Part shown: positions 35,701 to 50,700 of the stretch, in pieces | Layout: each line of letters opens with the position of its first letter | Numbering within the stretch: position 1 is the first letter of the stretch | Assembly: GCA_043228905.1 (NCBI GenBank) | Contig: JBHGNT010000016.1 | Span: 186,001 to 250,000 of the forward strand | Reading direction: 5' to 3' | From: Azolla caroliniana | Taxonomy: Eukaryota; Plantae; Polypodiophyta | DNA length: 64,000 bases | Position numbers and translations under genes: made by a program | The notes under the pieces: model-generated | The model's database searches: none | Seen by the model: the letters and a program-made list of their open reading frames with translations, nothing else | Told to the model about the DNA's origin: nothing

Positions 35701-38700
35701 TTCTTCATGTCTCTCGACCTGAGTTTCAAAATCTTGATTTTTTAATTCCATACCAGAGCTAGCGTTGTTAGCTTCGATTCGCATGTTTGAACACAAAAAT
35801 CCGATATCACACTAGCCACGTATGAACATTTTAATTTACCTACTAGCGCTTGTCAACTCCCTCCTAAAATTTGCTAATTTCTTCATGTCTCTCGACCTGA
35901 GTTTCAAAATCTTGATTTTTCAATTCCATATCAGAGCTAGCGTTGTTAGCTTCGATTCGCATGTTTGAACACAAAAATCCGATATCAAAAGAGCCTGGTA
36001 TGAACATTTTAATTTACTTACGCGCTCTTCTCCACTACGTCCTCAAATTTGCTAATTTCTTCATGTCCCTCGACCTGAGTTTCAAAATCTTGATTTTTCA
36101 ATTCCATATCAGAGCTAGCGTTGTTAGCTTCGATTCGCATGTTTGAACACAAAAATACGATACCACACGAGCCACGTATGAACATTTTAATTTAGCTACT
36201 AGCGCTTGTCAACTCCCTCCTCAAATTACTTATTTTCTTCATGTCTCTCGACCTGAGTTTCAAAATCTTGATTTTTTAATTCCATACCAGAGCTAGCGTA
36301 GTTAGCTTCGATTCGCATGTTTGAACACAAAAATCCGATTTCACACTAGCCACGTATGAACATTTTAATTTACCTACTAGCGCTTGTCAACTCCCTCCTA
36401 AAATTTGCTAATTTCTTCATGTCTCTCGACCTGAGTTTCAAAATCTTGATTTTTCAATTCCATATCAGAGCTAGCGTTGTTAGCTTCGATTCGCATGTCT
36501 GAACACAAAAATCCGATATCACACGAGCCACGTATGAATATTTTAATTTACCTACTAGCGCTTGTCAACTCCCTCCTCAAATTACTTAATTTCTTCATGT
36601 CTCTCGACCTGAGTTTCAAAATCTTGATTTTTTAATTCCATATAACAGCTAGCGTTGTTAGCTTCGATTGCCATGTTTGAACATAAAAATCCGATATCAC
36701 ACGAGCCAGGTATGAACATTTTAATTTACATTCTAGCGCTTGTCAACTCCCTCCTCAAATTTGTTAATTTCTTCATGTCTCTTGACCTGAGTTTCAAAAT
36801 CTTGATTTTTTTATTGCATATCAGAGCTAGCGTTGTTAGCTTCGATTCCCATGTTTGAACACAGAAATCCGATATCACACGAGCCACGTATGAACATTTT
36901 AATTTACCCACTAGCGCTTGTCGACTCCCTCCTCAAATTTGCTAATTTCTTCATGTCTCTCGACCTGAGTTTCAAAATCTTGGTTTTTTAATTCCATAAC
37001 AGAGCTAGCGTTGTTAGCTTCGATTCGCATGTTTGAACACAAAAATCCGATATCACACGAGCCACGGATGAACATTTTAATTTACCTACTAGCGCTTGTT
37101 AACTTCCTCCTCAAATTTGCTAATTTCTTCATATCTCTCGACCTGAGTTTCAAAATCTTTATTTTATAATTCCATATCAGAGCTAGCGTTTTTAGCTTCG
37201 ATTCGCATGTTTAAACACAGAAGTCCAATATCACACGAGCGTGGTATGAACATTTGCTAACGCGCTCTTCTCCACTACCTCCTAACATTTGTGAATTTCT
37301 TCATGTCTCTCGACCTGAGTTTCAAAATCTTGATTTTTCAATTCCATATCAGAGCTAGCGTTGTTAACTTCGATTCGCATCTTTGAACACAAAAATCCGA
37401 TATCATACGAGCTACGTATGAACATTTTAATTTACCTACTAGCGCTTGTCAACACCCTCCTCAAATTTGCTAATTTCTTCATGTCTCTTGACCTGAGTTT
37501 CAAAATCTTGATTTTTTTATTGCATATCAGAGCTAGCGTTGTTAGCTTCGATTCGCATGTTTGAACACAGAAATCCGATATCACACGAGCCTTGGATGAA
37601 TATTTTAATTTACTAACGCGCTCTTCTCCACTACGTCCTCAAATTTGCTAATTTCTTCATGTCTCTCGACTTGAGTTTCAAAATCTTGATTTTTCTTTTC
37701 CATATCAGAGCTACCGTTGTTAGCTTCGATTCGCAAGTTTGAACACAAAAATCCGATATCACACGAGCGTGGTATGAACCTTTTCATTTACTAAAGCGCT
37801 CTTCTCCACTACCTCCTCAAATTTGCTAATTTCTTCATGTCTCTCGACCTGAGTTTCAAAATCTGGATTTTTCAATTCCATAACAGAGCTAGCGCTGTTA
37901 GCTTCGATTCGCATGTTTGAACACAAAAATCCGATATCACACGAGCCTTGGATGAATATTTTAATTTACTAACGCGCTCTTCTCCACTACGTCCTCAAAT
38001 TTGCTAATTTCTTCATGTCTCTCGACTTGAGTTTCAAAATCTTGATTTTTCAATTCCATATCAGAGCTACCGTTGTTAGCTTCGATTCGCAAGTTTGAAC
38101 ACAAAAATCCAATATCACACGAGCGTGGTATGAACCTTTTCATTTACTAACACGCTCTTCTCCACTACCTCCTCAAATTTGCTAATTTCTTCATGTCTCT
38201 CGACCTGAGTTTCAAAATCTTGATTTTTTAATTCCATACCAGAGCTAGCGTTGTTAGCTTCGATTCGCATGTTTGAACACAAAAATCCGATATCACACTA
38301 GCCACGTATGAACATTTTAATTTACCTACTAGCGCTTGTCAACTCCCTCCTAAAATTTGCTAATTTCTTCATGTCTCTCGACCTGAGTTTCAAAATCTTG
38401 ATTTTTCAATTCCATATCAGAGCTAGCGTTGTTAGCTTCGATTCGCATGTTTGAACACAAAAATCCGATATCAAAAGAGCCTGGTATGAACATTTTAATT
38501 TACTTACGCGCTCTTCTCCACTACGTCCTCAAATTTGCTAATTTCTTCATGTCCCTCGACCTGAGTTTCAAAATCTTGATTTTTCAATTCCATATCAGAG
38601 CTAGCGTTGTTAGCTTCGATTCGCATGTTTGAACACAAAAATACGATACCACACGAGCCACGTATGAACATTTTAATTTAGCTACTAGCGCTTGTCAACT

Positions 38701-41700
38701 CCCTCCTCAAATTACTTATTTTCTTCATGTCTCTCGACCTGAGTTTCAAAATCTTGATTTTTTAATTCCATACCAGAGCTAGCGTAGTTAGCTTCGATTC
38801 GCATGTTTGAACACAAAAATCCGATTTCACACTAGCCACGTATGAACATTTTAATTTACCTACTAGCGCTTGTCAACTCCCTCCTAAAATTTGCTAATTT
38901 CTTCATGTCTCTCGACCTGAGTTTCAAAATCTTGATTTTTCAATTCCATATCAGAGCTAGCGTTGTTAGCTTCGATTCGCATGTCTGAACACAAAAATCC
39001 GATATCACACGAGCCACGTATGAATATTTTAATTTACCTACTAGCGCTTGTCAACTCCCTCCTCAAATTACTTAATTTCTTCATGTCTCTCGACCTGAGT
39101 TTCAAAATCTTGATTTTTTAATTCCATATAACAGCTAGCGTTGTTAGCTTCGATTGCCATGTTTGAACATAAAAATCCGATATCACACGAGCCAGGTATG
39201 AACATTTTAATTTACATTCTAGCGCTTGTCAACTCCCTCCTCAAATTTGTTAATTTCTTCATGTCTCTTGACCTGAGTTTCAAAATCTTGATTTTTTTAT
39301 TGCATATCAGAGCTAGCGTTGTTAGCTTCGATTCCCATGTTTGAACACAGAAATCCGATATCACACGAGCCACGTATGAACATTTTAATTTACCCACTAG
39401 CGCTTGTCGACTCCCTCCTCAAATTTGCTAATTTCTTCATGTCTCTCGACCTGAGTTTCAAAATCTTGGTTTTTTAATTCCATAACAGAGCTAGCGTTGT
39501 TAGCTTCGATTCGCATGTTTGAACACAAAAATCCGATATCACACGAGCCACGGATGAACATTTTAATTTACCTACTAGCGCTTGTTAACTTCCTCCTCAA
39601 ATTTGCTAATTTCTTCATATCTCTCGACCTGAGTTTCAAAATCTTTATTTTATAATTCCATATCAGAGCTAGCGTTTTTAGCTTCGATTCGCATGTTTAA
39701 ACACAGAAGTCCAATATCACACGAGCGTGGTATGAACATTTGCTAACGCGCTCTTCTCCACTACCTCCTAACATTTGTGAATTTCTTCATGTCTCTCGAC
39801 CTGAGTTTCAAAATCTTGATTTTTCAATTCCATATCAGAGCTAGCGTTGTTAACTTCGATTCGCATCTTTGAACACAAAAATCCGATATCATACGAGCTA
39901 CGTATGAACATTTTAATTTACCTACTAGCGCTTGTCAACACCCTCCTCAAATTTGCTAATTTCTTCATGTCTCTTGACCTGAGTTTCAAAATCTTGATTT
40001 TTTTATTGCATATCAGAGCTAGCGTTGTTAGCTTCGATTCGCATGTTTGAACACAGAAATCCGATATCACACGAGCCTTGGATGAATATTTTAATTTACT
40101 AACGCGCTCTTCTCCACTACGTCCTCAAATTTGCTAATTTCTTCATGTCTCTCGACTTGAGTTTCAAAATCTTGATTTTTTAATTCCATATCAGAGCTAG
40201 CGTTTTTAGCTTCGATTCGCATGTTTGAACACAAAAATCCGATATCACACGAGCGTGGTATGAACCTTTTCATTTACTAACGCGCTCTTCTCCACTACCT
40301 CCTCAAATTTGCTAATTTCTTCATGTCTCTCGACCTGAGTTTCAAAATCTTGATTTTTCAATTCCATATCAGAGCTAGCGTTGTTAGCTTCGATTCGCAT
40401 GTCTGAACACAAAAATCCGATATCACACGAGCCACGGATGAATATTTTAATTTACCTACTAGCGCTTGTCAACTCCCTCCTCAAATTTGCTAATTTCTTC
40501 ATGTCTCTCGACCTGAGTTTCAAAATCTTGATTTTTTAATTCCATACCAGAGCTAGCGTTGTTAGCTTCGATTCGCATGTTTGAACACAAAAATCCGATA
40601 TCACACTAGCCACGTATGAATATTTTAATTTACCTACTAGCGCTTGTCAACTCCCTCCTAAAATTTGCTAATTTCTTCATGTCTCTCGACCTGAGTTTCA
40701 AAATCTTGATTTTTCAATTCCATATCAGAGCTAGCGTTGTTAGCTTCGATTCGCATGTTTAAACACTAAAATCCGATATCACAAGAGCCTGGTATATGAA
40801 CATTTTAATTTACTAACGCGCTCTTCTCCACTACGTCCTCAAATTTGCTAATTTCTTCATGTCCCTCGACCTGAGTTTCAAAATCTTGATTTTTTAATTC
40901 CATACCAGAGCTAGCGTTGTTAGCTTCGATTCGCATGTTTGAACACAAAAATCTGATTTCACACTAGCCACGTATGAACATTTTAATTTACCTACTAGCG
41001 CTTGTCAACTCCCTCCTAAAATTTGCTAATTTCTTCATGTCTCTCGACCTGAGTTTCAAAATCTTGATTTTTCAATTCTATCAGAGCTAGCGTTGTTAGC
41101 TTCGATTCGCATGTTTGAACACAAAAATCCGATATCACAAGAGCCTGGTATGAACATTTTAATTTACTAACGCGCTCTTCTCCACTACGTCCTCAAATTT
41201 GCTAATTTCTTCATGTCCCTCGACCTGAGTTTCAAAATCTTGATTTTTCAATTCCATATCAGAGCTAGCGTTGTTAGCTTTGATTCGCATGTTTGAACAC
41301 AAAAATCCGATACCACACGAGCCACGTATGAACATTTTAATTTACCTACTAGCGCTTGTCAACTCCCTCCTCAAATTTGCTAATTTCTTCATGTCTCTCG
41401 ACCTGAGTTTCAAAATCTTGATTTTTGAATTCCATATCAGAGCTAGCGTTGTTAGCTTCGATTCGCATGTCTGAACACAAAAATCCGATATCACACGAGC
41501 CACGGATGAATATTTTAATTTACCTACTAGCGCTTGTCAACTCCCTCCTCAAATTTGCTAATTTCTTCATGTCTGTCGACCTGAGTTTCAAAATCTTGAT
41601 TTTTTAATTCCAGACCAAAGCTAGCGTTGTTAGCTTCGATTCGCATGTTTGAACACAAAAATCCGACATCACACTAGCCACGTATGAACATTTTAATTTA

Positions 41701-44700
41701 CCTACTAGCGCTTGTCAACTCCCTCCTAAAATTTGCTAATTTCTTCATGTCTCTCGACCTGAGTTTCAAAATCTTGATTTTTGAATTCCATATCAGAGCT
41801 AGCGTTGTTAGCTTCGATTCGCATGTTTGAACACAAAAATCCGATACCACACGAGCCACGTATGAACATTTTAATTTACCTACTAGCGCTTGTCAACTCC
41901 CTCCTCAAAATTACTTAATTTCTTCATGTCTCTCGACCTGAGTTTCAAAATCTTGATTTTTTAATTCCATACCAGAGCTAGCGTTGTTAGCTTCGATTCG
42001 CATGTTTGAACACAAAAATCCGATTTCACACTAGCCACGTATGAACATTTTAATTTACCTACTAGCGCTTGTCAACTCCCTCCTAAAAATTGCTAATTTC
42101 TTCATGTCTCTCGACCTGAGTTTCAAAATCTTCATTTTTCAATTCCATATCAGAGCTAGCGTTGTTAGCTTCGATTCGCATGATTGAACACAAAAATCCG
42201 ATACCACACGAGCCACGTATGAACATTTTAATTTACCTACTAGCGCTTGTCAACTCCCTCCTCAAATTACTTAATTTCTTCATGTCTCTCGACCTGAGTT
42301 TCAAAATCTTGATTTTTTAATTCCGTATAAGAGCTAGCGTTGTTAGCTTCGATTGCCATGTTTGAACATAAAAATCCGATATCACACGAGCCACGTATGA
42401 ACATTTTAATTTACCTAATAGCGCTTGTCAACTCCCTCCTCAAATTTGTTAATTTCTTCATGTCTCTCGACCTGAGTTTCAAAATCTTGATTTTTCAATT
42501 CCATATCAGAGCTAGCGTTGTTAGCTTCGATTCGCATGTTTGAACACAAAAATCCGATATCATACGAGCTACGTATGAACATTTTAATTTACCTACTAGC
42601 GCTTGTCAACACCCTCCTCAAATTTGCTAATTTCTTCATGTCTCTTGACCTGAGTTTCAAAATCTTGATTTTTTTATTGCATATCAGAGCTAGCGTTGTT
42701 AGCTTCGATTCGCATGTTTGAACACAAAAATCCGATATCACACGAGCCTTGGATGAATATTTTAATTTACTAACGCGCTCTTCTCCACTACGTCCTCAAA
42801 TTTGCTAATTTCTTCATGTCTCTCGACTTGAGTTTCAAAATCTTGATTTTTCAATTCCATATCAGAGCTACCGTTGTTAGCTTCGATTCGCAAGTTTGAA
42901 CACAAAAATCCGATATCACACGAGCGTGGTATGAACCTTTTCATTTACTAACGCGCTCTTCTCCACTACCTCCTCAAATTTGCTAATTTCTTCATGTCTC
43001 TCGACCTGAGTTTCAAAATCTTGATTTTTCAATTCCATATCAGAGCTAGCGTTGTTAGCTTCGATTCGCATGTCTGAACACAAAAATCCGATACCACACG
43101 AGCCACGTATGAACATTTTAATTTACCTACTAGCGCTTGTCAACTCCCTCCTCAAATTTGCTAATTTCTTCATGTCTCTCGACCTGAGTTTCAAAATCTT
43201 GATTTTTGAATTCCATATCAGAGCTAGCGTTGTTAGCTTCGATTCGCATGTCTGAACACAAAAATCCGATATCACACGAGCCACGGATGAATATTTTAAT
43301 TTACCTACTAGCGCTTGTCAACTCCCTCCTCAAATTTGCTAATTTCTTCATGTCTCTCGACCTGAGTTTCAAAATCTTGATTTTTTAATTCCAGACCAGA
43401 GCTAGCGTTGTTAGCTTCGATTCGCATGTTTGAACACAAAAATCCGATACCACACGAGCCACGTATGAACATTTTAATTTACCTACTAGCGCTTGTCAAC
43501 TCCCTCCTCAAAATTACTTAATTTCTTCATGTCTCTCGACCTGAGTTTCAAAATCTTGATTTTTTAATTCCATACCAGAGCTAGTGTTGTTAGCTTCGAT
43601 TCGAATGTTTGAACACAAAAATCCGATTTCACACTAGCCACGTATGAACATTTTAATTTACCTACTAGCGCTTGTCAACTCCCTCCTAAAAATTGCTAAT
43701 TTCTTCATGTCTCTCGACCTGAGTTTCAAAATCTTGAATTTTCAATTCCATATCAGAGCTAGCGTTGTTAGCATCGATTCGCATGTTTGAACACAAAAAT
43801 CCGATACCACACGAGCCACGTATGAACATTTTAATTTACCTACTAGCGCTTGTCAACTCCCTCCTCAAAATTACTTAATTTCTTCATGTCTCTCGACCTG
43901 AGTTTCAAAATCTTGATTTTTTAATTCCATACCAGAGCTAGTGTTGTTAGCTTCGATTCGAATGTTTGAACACAAAAATCCGATTTCACACTAGCCACGT
44001 ATGAACATTTTAATTTACCTACTAGCGCTTGTCAACTCCCTCCTAAAAATTGCTAATTTCTTCATGTCTCTCGACCTGAGTTTCAAAATCTTGAATTTTC
44101 AATTCCATATCAGAGCTAGCGTTGTTAGCATCGATTCGCATGTTTGAACACAAAAATCCGATACCACACGAGCCACGTATGAACATTTTAATTTACCTAC
44201 TAGCGCTTGTCAACTCCCTCCTCAAATTACTTAATTTCTTCATGTCTCTGGACCTGAGTTTCAAAATCTTGATTTTTTAATTCCATTTAAGAGCTAGCGT
44301 TGTTAGCTTCGATTGCCATGTTTGAACATAAAAATCCGATATCACACGAGCCAGGTATGAACATTTTAATTTACATTCTAGCGCTTGTCAACTCCCTCCT
44401 CAAATTTGTTAATTTCTTCATGTCTCTTGACCTGAGTTTCAAAATCTTGATTTTTTTATTGCATATCAGAGCTAGCGTTGTTAGCTTCGATTCGCATGTT
44501 TGAACACAGAAATCCGATATCACACGAGCCACGTATAAACATTTTAATTTACCCACTAGTGCTTGTCAACTCCATAACAGAGCTAGCGTTGTTAGCTTCG
44601 ATTCGGATGTTTGAACACAAAAATCCGATATCGCACGAGCCACGTATGAACATTTTTATTTACCTACTAGCGCTTGTTAACTTCCTCCTCAAATTTGCTA

Positions 44701-47700
44701 ATTTCTTCATATCTCTCGACCTGAGTTTCAAAATCTTTATTTTATAATTCCATATCAGAGCTAGCGTTTTTAGCTTCGATTCGCATGTTTAAACACAGAA
44801 ATCCAATATCACACGAGCGTGGTATGAACATTTGCTAACGCGCTCTTCTCCACTACCTCCTAACATTTGCGAATTTCTTCATGTCTCTCGACCTGAGTTT
44901 CAAAATCTTGATTTTTCAATTCCATATCAGAGCTAGCGTTGTTAACTTCGATTCGCATCTTTGAACACAAAAATCCGATATCATACGAGCTACGTATGAA
45001 CATTTTAATTTACCTACTAGCGCTTGTCAACACCCTCCTCAAATTTGCTAATTTCTTCATGTCTCTCGACCTGAGTTTCAAAATCTTGATTTTTCAATTC
45101 CATATCAGAGCTAGCGTTGTTAGCTTCGATTCGCATGTTTGAACACAAACATCCGATATCACACGAGCCACGTATGAACATTTTAATTTACCTACTAGCT
45201 CTTGTCAACTACCTCCTCAAATTTGCTAATTTCTTCATGTCTCTCGACCTGAGTTTCAAAATCTTGATTTTTTAATTTCCATATCAGAGCTAGCGTTGTT
45301 AGCTTCGATTCGCATTTTTGAACACAAAAATCCGATATCACACGAGCCACGTATGAACATTTTAATTTACCTACTAGCGCTTGTCAACTCCCTCATGAAA
45401 TTTGCTAATTTTTTCATGTCTCTCGAGCTGAGTTTCAAAATCTTGATTTTTCTAATGCATATCAGAGCTAGCATTTTTAGTTTCGATTCGCATGTTTGAA
45501 CACAAAAATCCGATATCACACGATCCACGTATGAACATTTTAATTTACCTACTAGCTCTTCTCCACTACCTCCTCAAATTTGCTAATTTCTTCATGTCTC
45601 TCAACCTAAGTTTAAAAATCTTGATTTTTCTATTCCATATCAGAGCTAGCGTTTTTAGCCTGAATTCGCATGTTTGCACACAGAAATCCGATATCACACG
45701 AGCTAGGTATGAACATTTTAATTTACTAACACGCTCTTCTCCACTACCTCCTAAAATTTTCTAATTTCTTCATGTCTCTCTACCTGAGTTTCAAAATCTT
45801 GATTTTTTAATTCCATATCAGAGCTAGCGTAGTTAGCTTCGATTCACATGTTTGAACACAGAAATCCGATATCACAAGAGCCTAGTATGAACATTTTAAT
45901 TTACTAACGCGCTCTTCTCCACTACGTCCTCAAATTTGCTAATTTTTTCATGTCCCTCGACCTGAGTTTCAAAATCTTGATTTTTCGATTCCATATCAGA
46001 GCTAACGTTGTTAGCTTCGATTCGCATGTTTGAACACAAAAATCCGATACCACACGAGCCACGTATGAACATTTTAATTTACCTACTAGCGCTTGTCAAC
46101 TCCCTCCTCAAATTACTTAATTTCTTCATGTCTCTCGACCTGAGTTTCAAAATCTTGATTTTTTTATTGCATATCAGAGCTAGCGTTGTTAGCTTCGATT
46201 CGCATGTTTGAACACAGAAATCCGATATCACACGAGCCTTGGATGAATATTTTAATTTACTAACGCGCTCTTCTCCACTACGTCCTCAAATTTGCTAATT
46301 TCTTCATGTCTCTCGACTTGAGTTTCAAAATCTTGATTTTTCAATTCCATATCAGAGCTACCGTTGTTAGCTTCGATTCGCAAGTTTGAACACAAAAATC
46401 CGATATCACACGAGCGTGGTATGAACCTTTTCATTTACTAACGCGCTCTTCTCCACTACCTCCTCAAATTTGCTAATTTCTTCATGTCTCTCGACCTGAG
46501 TTTCAAAATCTTGATTTTTTAATTCCATATCAGAGCTAGTGTTGTTAGCTTCGATTCGCATGTTTGAACACCAAAATTCATTATCACACGAGCCAGGTAT
46601 GAACATTTTAATTTACTAACGCGCTCTTCTCCACTACCTCCTGAAATTTGCTAATTTCTTCATGTCTCTCGGCCTGAGTTTGAAAATCTTGATTTTTTAA
46701 TTCTATATCAGAGCCAGCGTTGTTAGCTTCGATTCGCATGTTTGAACATAAAAATCCGATATCACACGAGCCAGGTATGAACATTTTAATTTACCTACTA
46801 GCGCTTGTCAACTCCCTCCTAAAATTTGCTAATTTCTTCATGTCTCTCGACCTGAGTTTCAACATCTTGATTTTTCGATTCCATATCAGAGTTAACGTTG
46901 TTAGCTTCGATTCGCATGTTTGAACACAAAAATCCGATACCACACGAGCCACGTATGAACATTTTAATTTACCTACTAGCGCTTGTCAACTCCCTCCTCA
47001 AATTACTTAATTTCTTCATGTCTCTCGGCCTGAGTTTGAAAATCTTGATTTTTTAATTCTATATCAGAGCCAGCGTTGTTAGCTTCGATTCGCATGTTTG
47101 AACATAAAAATCCGATATCACACGAGCCAGGTATGAACATTTTAATTTACCTTCTAGCGCTTGTCAACTCCCTCCTCAAATTTGCTAATTTCTTCATGTC
47201 TCTCGACCTGAGTTTCAAAATCTTGATTTTTTAATACCATATCAGAGCTAGCGTTGTTAGCTTCGACTCGCAAGTTTGAACACAAAATTCCGATATCACA
47301 CGAGCCAGGTATGAACATTTTAATATACTAACGCGCTCTTCTCCACTACCTCCTAAAATTTGCTAATTTCTTCATGTCTCTCGACCTGAGTTTCAACATC
47401 TTGATTTTTCGATTCCATATCAGAGTTAACGTTGTTAGCTTCGATTCGCATGTTTGAACACAAAAATCCGATACCACACGAGCCACGTATGAACATTTTA
47501 ATTTACCTACTAGCGCTTGTCAACTCCCTCCTCAAATTACTTAATTTCTTCATGTCTCTCGGCCTGAGTTTGAAAATCTTGATTTTTTAATTCTATATCA
47601 GAGCCAGCGTTGTTAGCTTCGATTCGCATGTTTGAACATAAAAATCCGATATCACACGAGCCAGGTATGAACATTTTAATTTACCTTCTAGCGCTTGTCA

Positions 47701-50700
47701 ACTCCCTCCTCAAATTTGCTAATTTCTTCATGTCTCTCGACCTGAGTTTCAAAATCTTGATTTTTTAATACCATATCAGAGCTAGCGTTGTTAGCTTCGA
47801 CTCGCAAGTTTGAACACAAAATTCCGATATCACACGAGCCAGGTATGAACATTTTAATATACTAACGCGCTCTTCTCCACTACCTCCTAAAATTTGCTAA
47901 TTCTTTCTTGTCTCTCAACCTGAGTTTCAAAATCTTGATTTTTTTATTCCATATCGGAGCTAGCGTTGTTAGCTTCGATTCGCATGTTTGAACACAAAAA
48001 TCCGATACCACACGAGCCACGTATGAACATTTTAATTTACCTACTAGCGCTTGTCAACTCCCTCCTCAAATTACTTAATTTCTTCATGTCTCTCGACCTG
48101 AGTTTCAAAATCTTGATTTTTTAATTCCATATAAGAGCTAGCGTTGTTAGCTTCGATTGCCATGTTTGAACATAAAAATCCGATATCACACGAGCCAGGT
48201 ATGAACATTTTAATTTACATTCTAGCGCTTGTCAACTCCCTCCTCAAATTTGTTAATTTCTTCATGTCTCTTGACCTGAGTTTCAAAATCTTGATTTTTT
48301 TATTGCATATCAGAGCTAGCGTTGTTAGCTTCGATTCGCATGTTTGAACACAGAAATCCGATATCACACGAGCCACGTATGAACATTTTAATTTACCCAC
48401 TAGCGCTTGTCGACTCCCTCCTCAAATTTGCTAATTTCTTCATGTCTCTCGACCTGAGTTTCAAAATCTTGGTTTTTTAATTCCATAACAGAGCTAGTGC
48501 TGTTAGCTTCGATTCGCATGTTTGAACACAAAAATCCGATATCACACGAGCCACGTATGAACATTTTAATTTACCTACTAGCGCTTGTTAACTTCCTCCT
48601 CAAATTTGCTAATTTCTTCATATCTCTCGACCTGAGTTTCAAAATCTTTATTTTATAATTCCATATCAGAGCTAGCGTTTTTAGCTTCGATTCGCATGTT
48701 TAAACACAGAAATCCAATATCACACGAGCGTGGTATGAAGATTTGCTAACGCGCTCTTCTCCACTACGTCCTAACATTTGCGAATTTCTTCATGTCTCTC
48801 GACCTGAGTTTCAAAATCTTGATTTTTCAATTCCATATCAGAGCTAGCGTTGTTAACTTCGATTCGCATCTTTGAACACAAACATCCGATATCATACGAG
48901 CTACGTATGAACATTTTAATTTACCTACTAGCGCTTGTCAACACCCTCCTCAAATTTGCTAATTTCTTCATGTCTCTCGACCTGAGTTTCAAAATCTTGA
49001 TTTTTCAATTCCATATCAGAGCTAGCGTTGTTAGCTTCGATTCGCATGTTTGAACACAAACATCCGATATCACACGAGCCACGTATGAACATTTTAATTT
49101 ACCTACTAGCTCTTGTCAACTACCTCCTGAAATTTGCTAATTTCTTCATGTCTCTCGACCTGAGTTTCAAAATCTTGATTTTTTAATTCCATATCAGAGC
49201 TAGCGTTGTTAGCTTCGATTCGCATTTTTGAACAAAAAAATCCGATATCACACGAGCCACGTATGAACATTTTAATTTACCTACTAGCTCTTGTCAACTC
49301 CCACTTGAAATTTGCTAATTTCTTCATGTCTTTCGACCTGAGTTTCAAAATCTGGATTTTTCAATTCCATATCAGAGCTAGCGTTGTTAACTTTGATTCG
49401 CATCTTTGAACACAAAAATCCGATATCATACGAGCTACGTATGAACATTTTAATTTACCTACTAGCGCTTGTCAACACCCTCCTCAAATTTGCTAATTTC
49501 TTCATGTCTCTCGACCTGAGTTTCAAAATCTTGATTTTTCAATTCCATATCAGAGCTAGCGTTGTTAGCTTCGATTCGCATGTTTGAACACAAACATCCG
49601 ATATCACACGAGCCACGTATGAACATTTTAATTTACCTACTAGCTCTTGTCAACTACCTCCTCAAATTTGCTAATTTCTTCATGTCTCTCGACCTGAGTT
49701 TCAAAATCTTGATTTTTTAATTCCATATCAGAGCTAGCGTTGTTAGCTTCGATTCGCATTTTTGAACACAAAAATCCGATATCACACGAGCCACGTATGA
49801 ACATTTTAATTTACCTACTAGCGCTTGTCAACTCCCTCATGAAATTTGCTAATTTTTTCATGTCTCTCGAGCTGAGTTTCAAAATCTTGATTTTTCTAAT
49901 GCATATCAGAGCTAGCATTTTTAGTTTCGATTCGCATGTTTGAACACAAAAATCCGATATCACACGAGCCACGTATGAACATTTTAATTTACCTACTAGC
50001 TCTTCTCCACTACCTCCTCAAATTTGCTAATTTCTTCATGTCTCTCAACCTAAGTTTAAAAATCTTGATTTTTCTATTCCATATCAGAGCTAGCGTTTTT
50101 AGCCTGGATTCGCATGTTTGCACACAGAAATCCGATATCACACGAGCTAGGTATGAACATTTTAATTTACTAACACGCTCTTCTCCACTACCTCCTAAAA
50201 TTTTCTAATTTCTTCATGTCTCTCTACCTGAGTTTCAAAATCTTGATTTTTTAATTCCATATCAGAGCTAGCGTAGTTAGCTTCGATTCACATGTTTGAA
50301 CACAGAAATCCGATATCACAAGAGCCTAGTATGAACATTTTAATTTACTAACGCGCTCTTCTCCACTACGTCCTCAAATTTGCTAATTTCTTCATGTCCC
50401 TCGACCTGAGTTTCAAAATCTTGATTTTTTAATTCCATACCAGAGCTAGCGTTGTTAGCTTCGATTCGAGTGTTTGAACACAAAAATCCGATTTCACACT
50501 AGCCACGTATGAACATTTTAATTTACCTACTAGCGCTTGTCAACTCCCTCCTAAAATTTGCTAATTTCTTCATGTCTCTCGACCTGAGTTTCAACATCTT
50601 GATTTTTCGATTCCATATCAGAGTTAACGTTGTTAGCTTCGATTCGCATGTTTGAACACAAAAATCCGATACCACACGAGCCACGTATGAACATTTTAAT

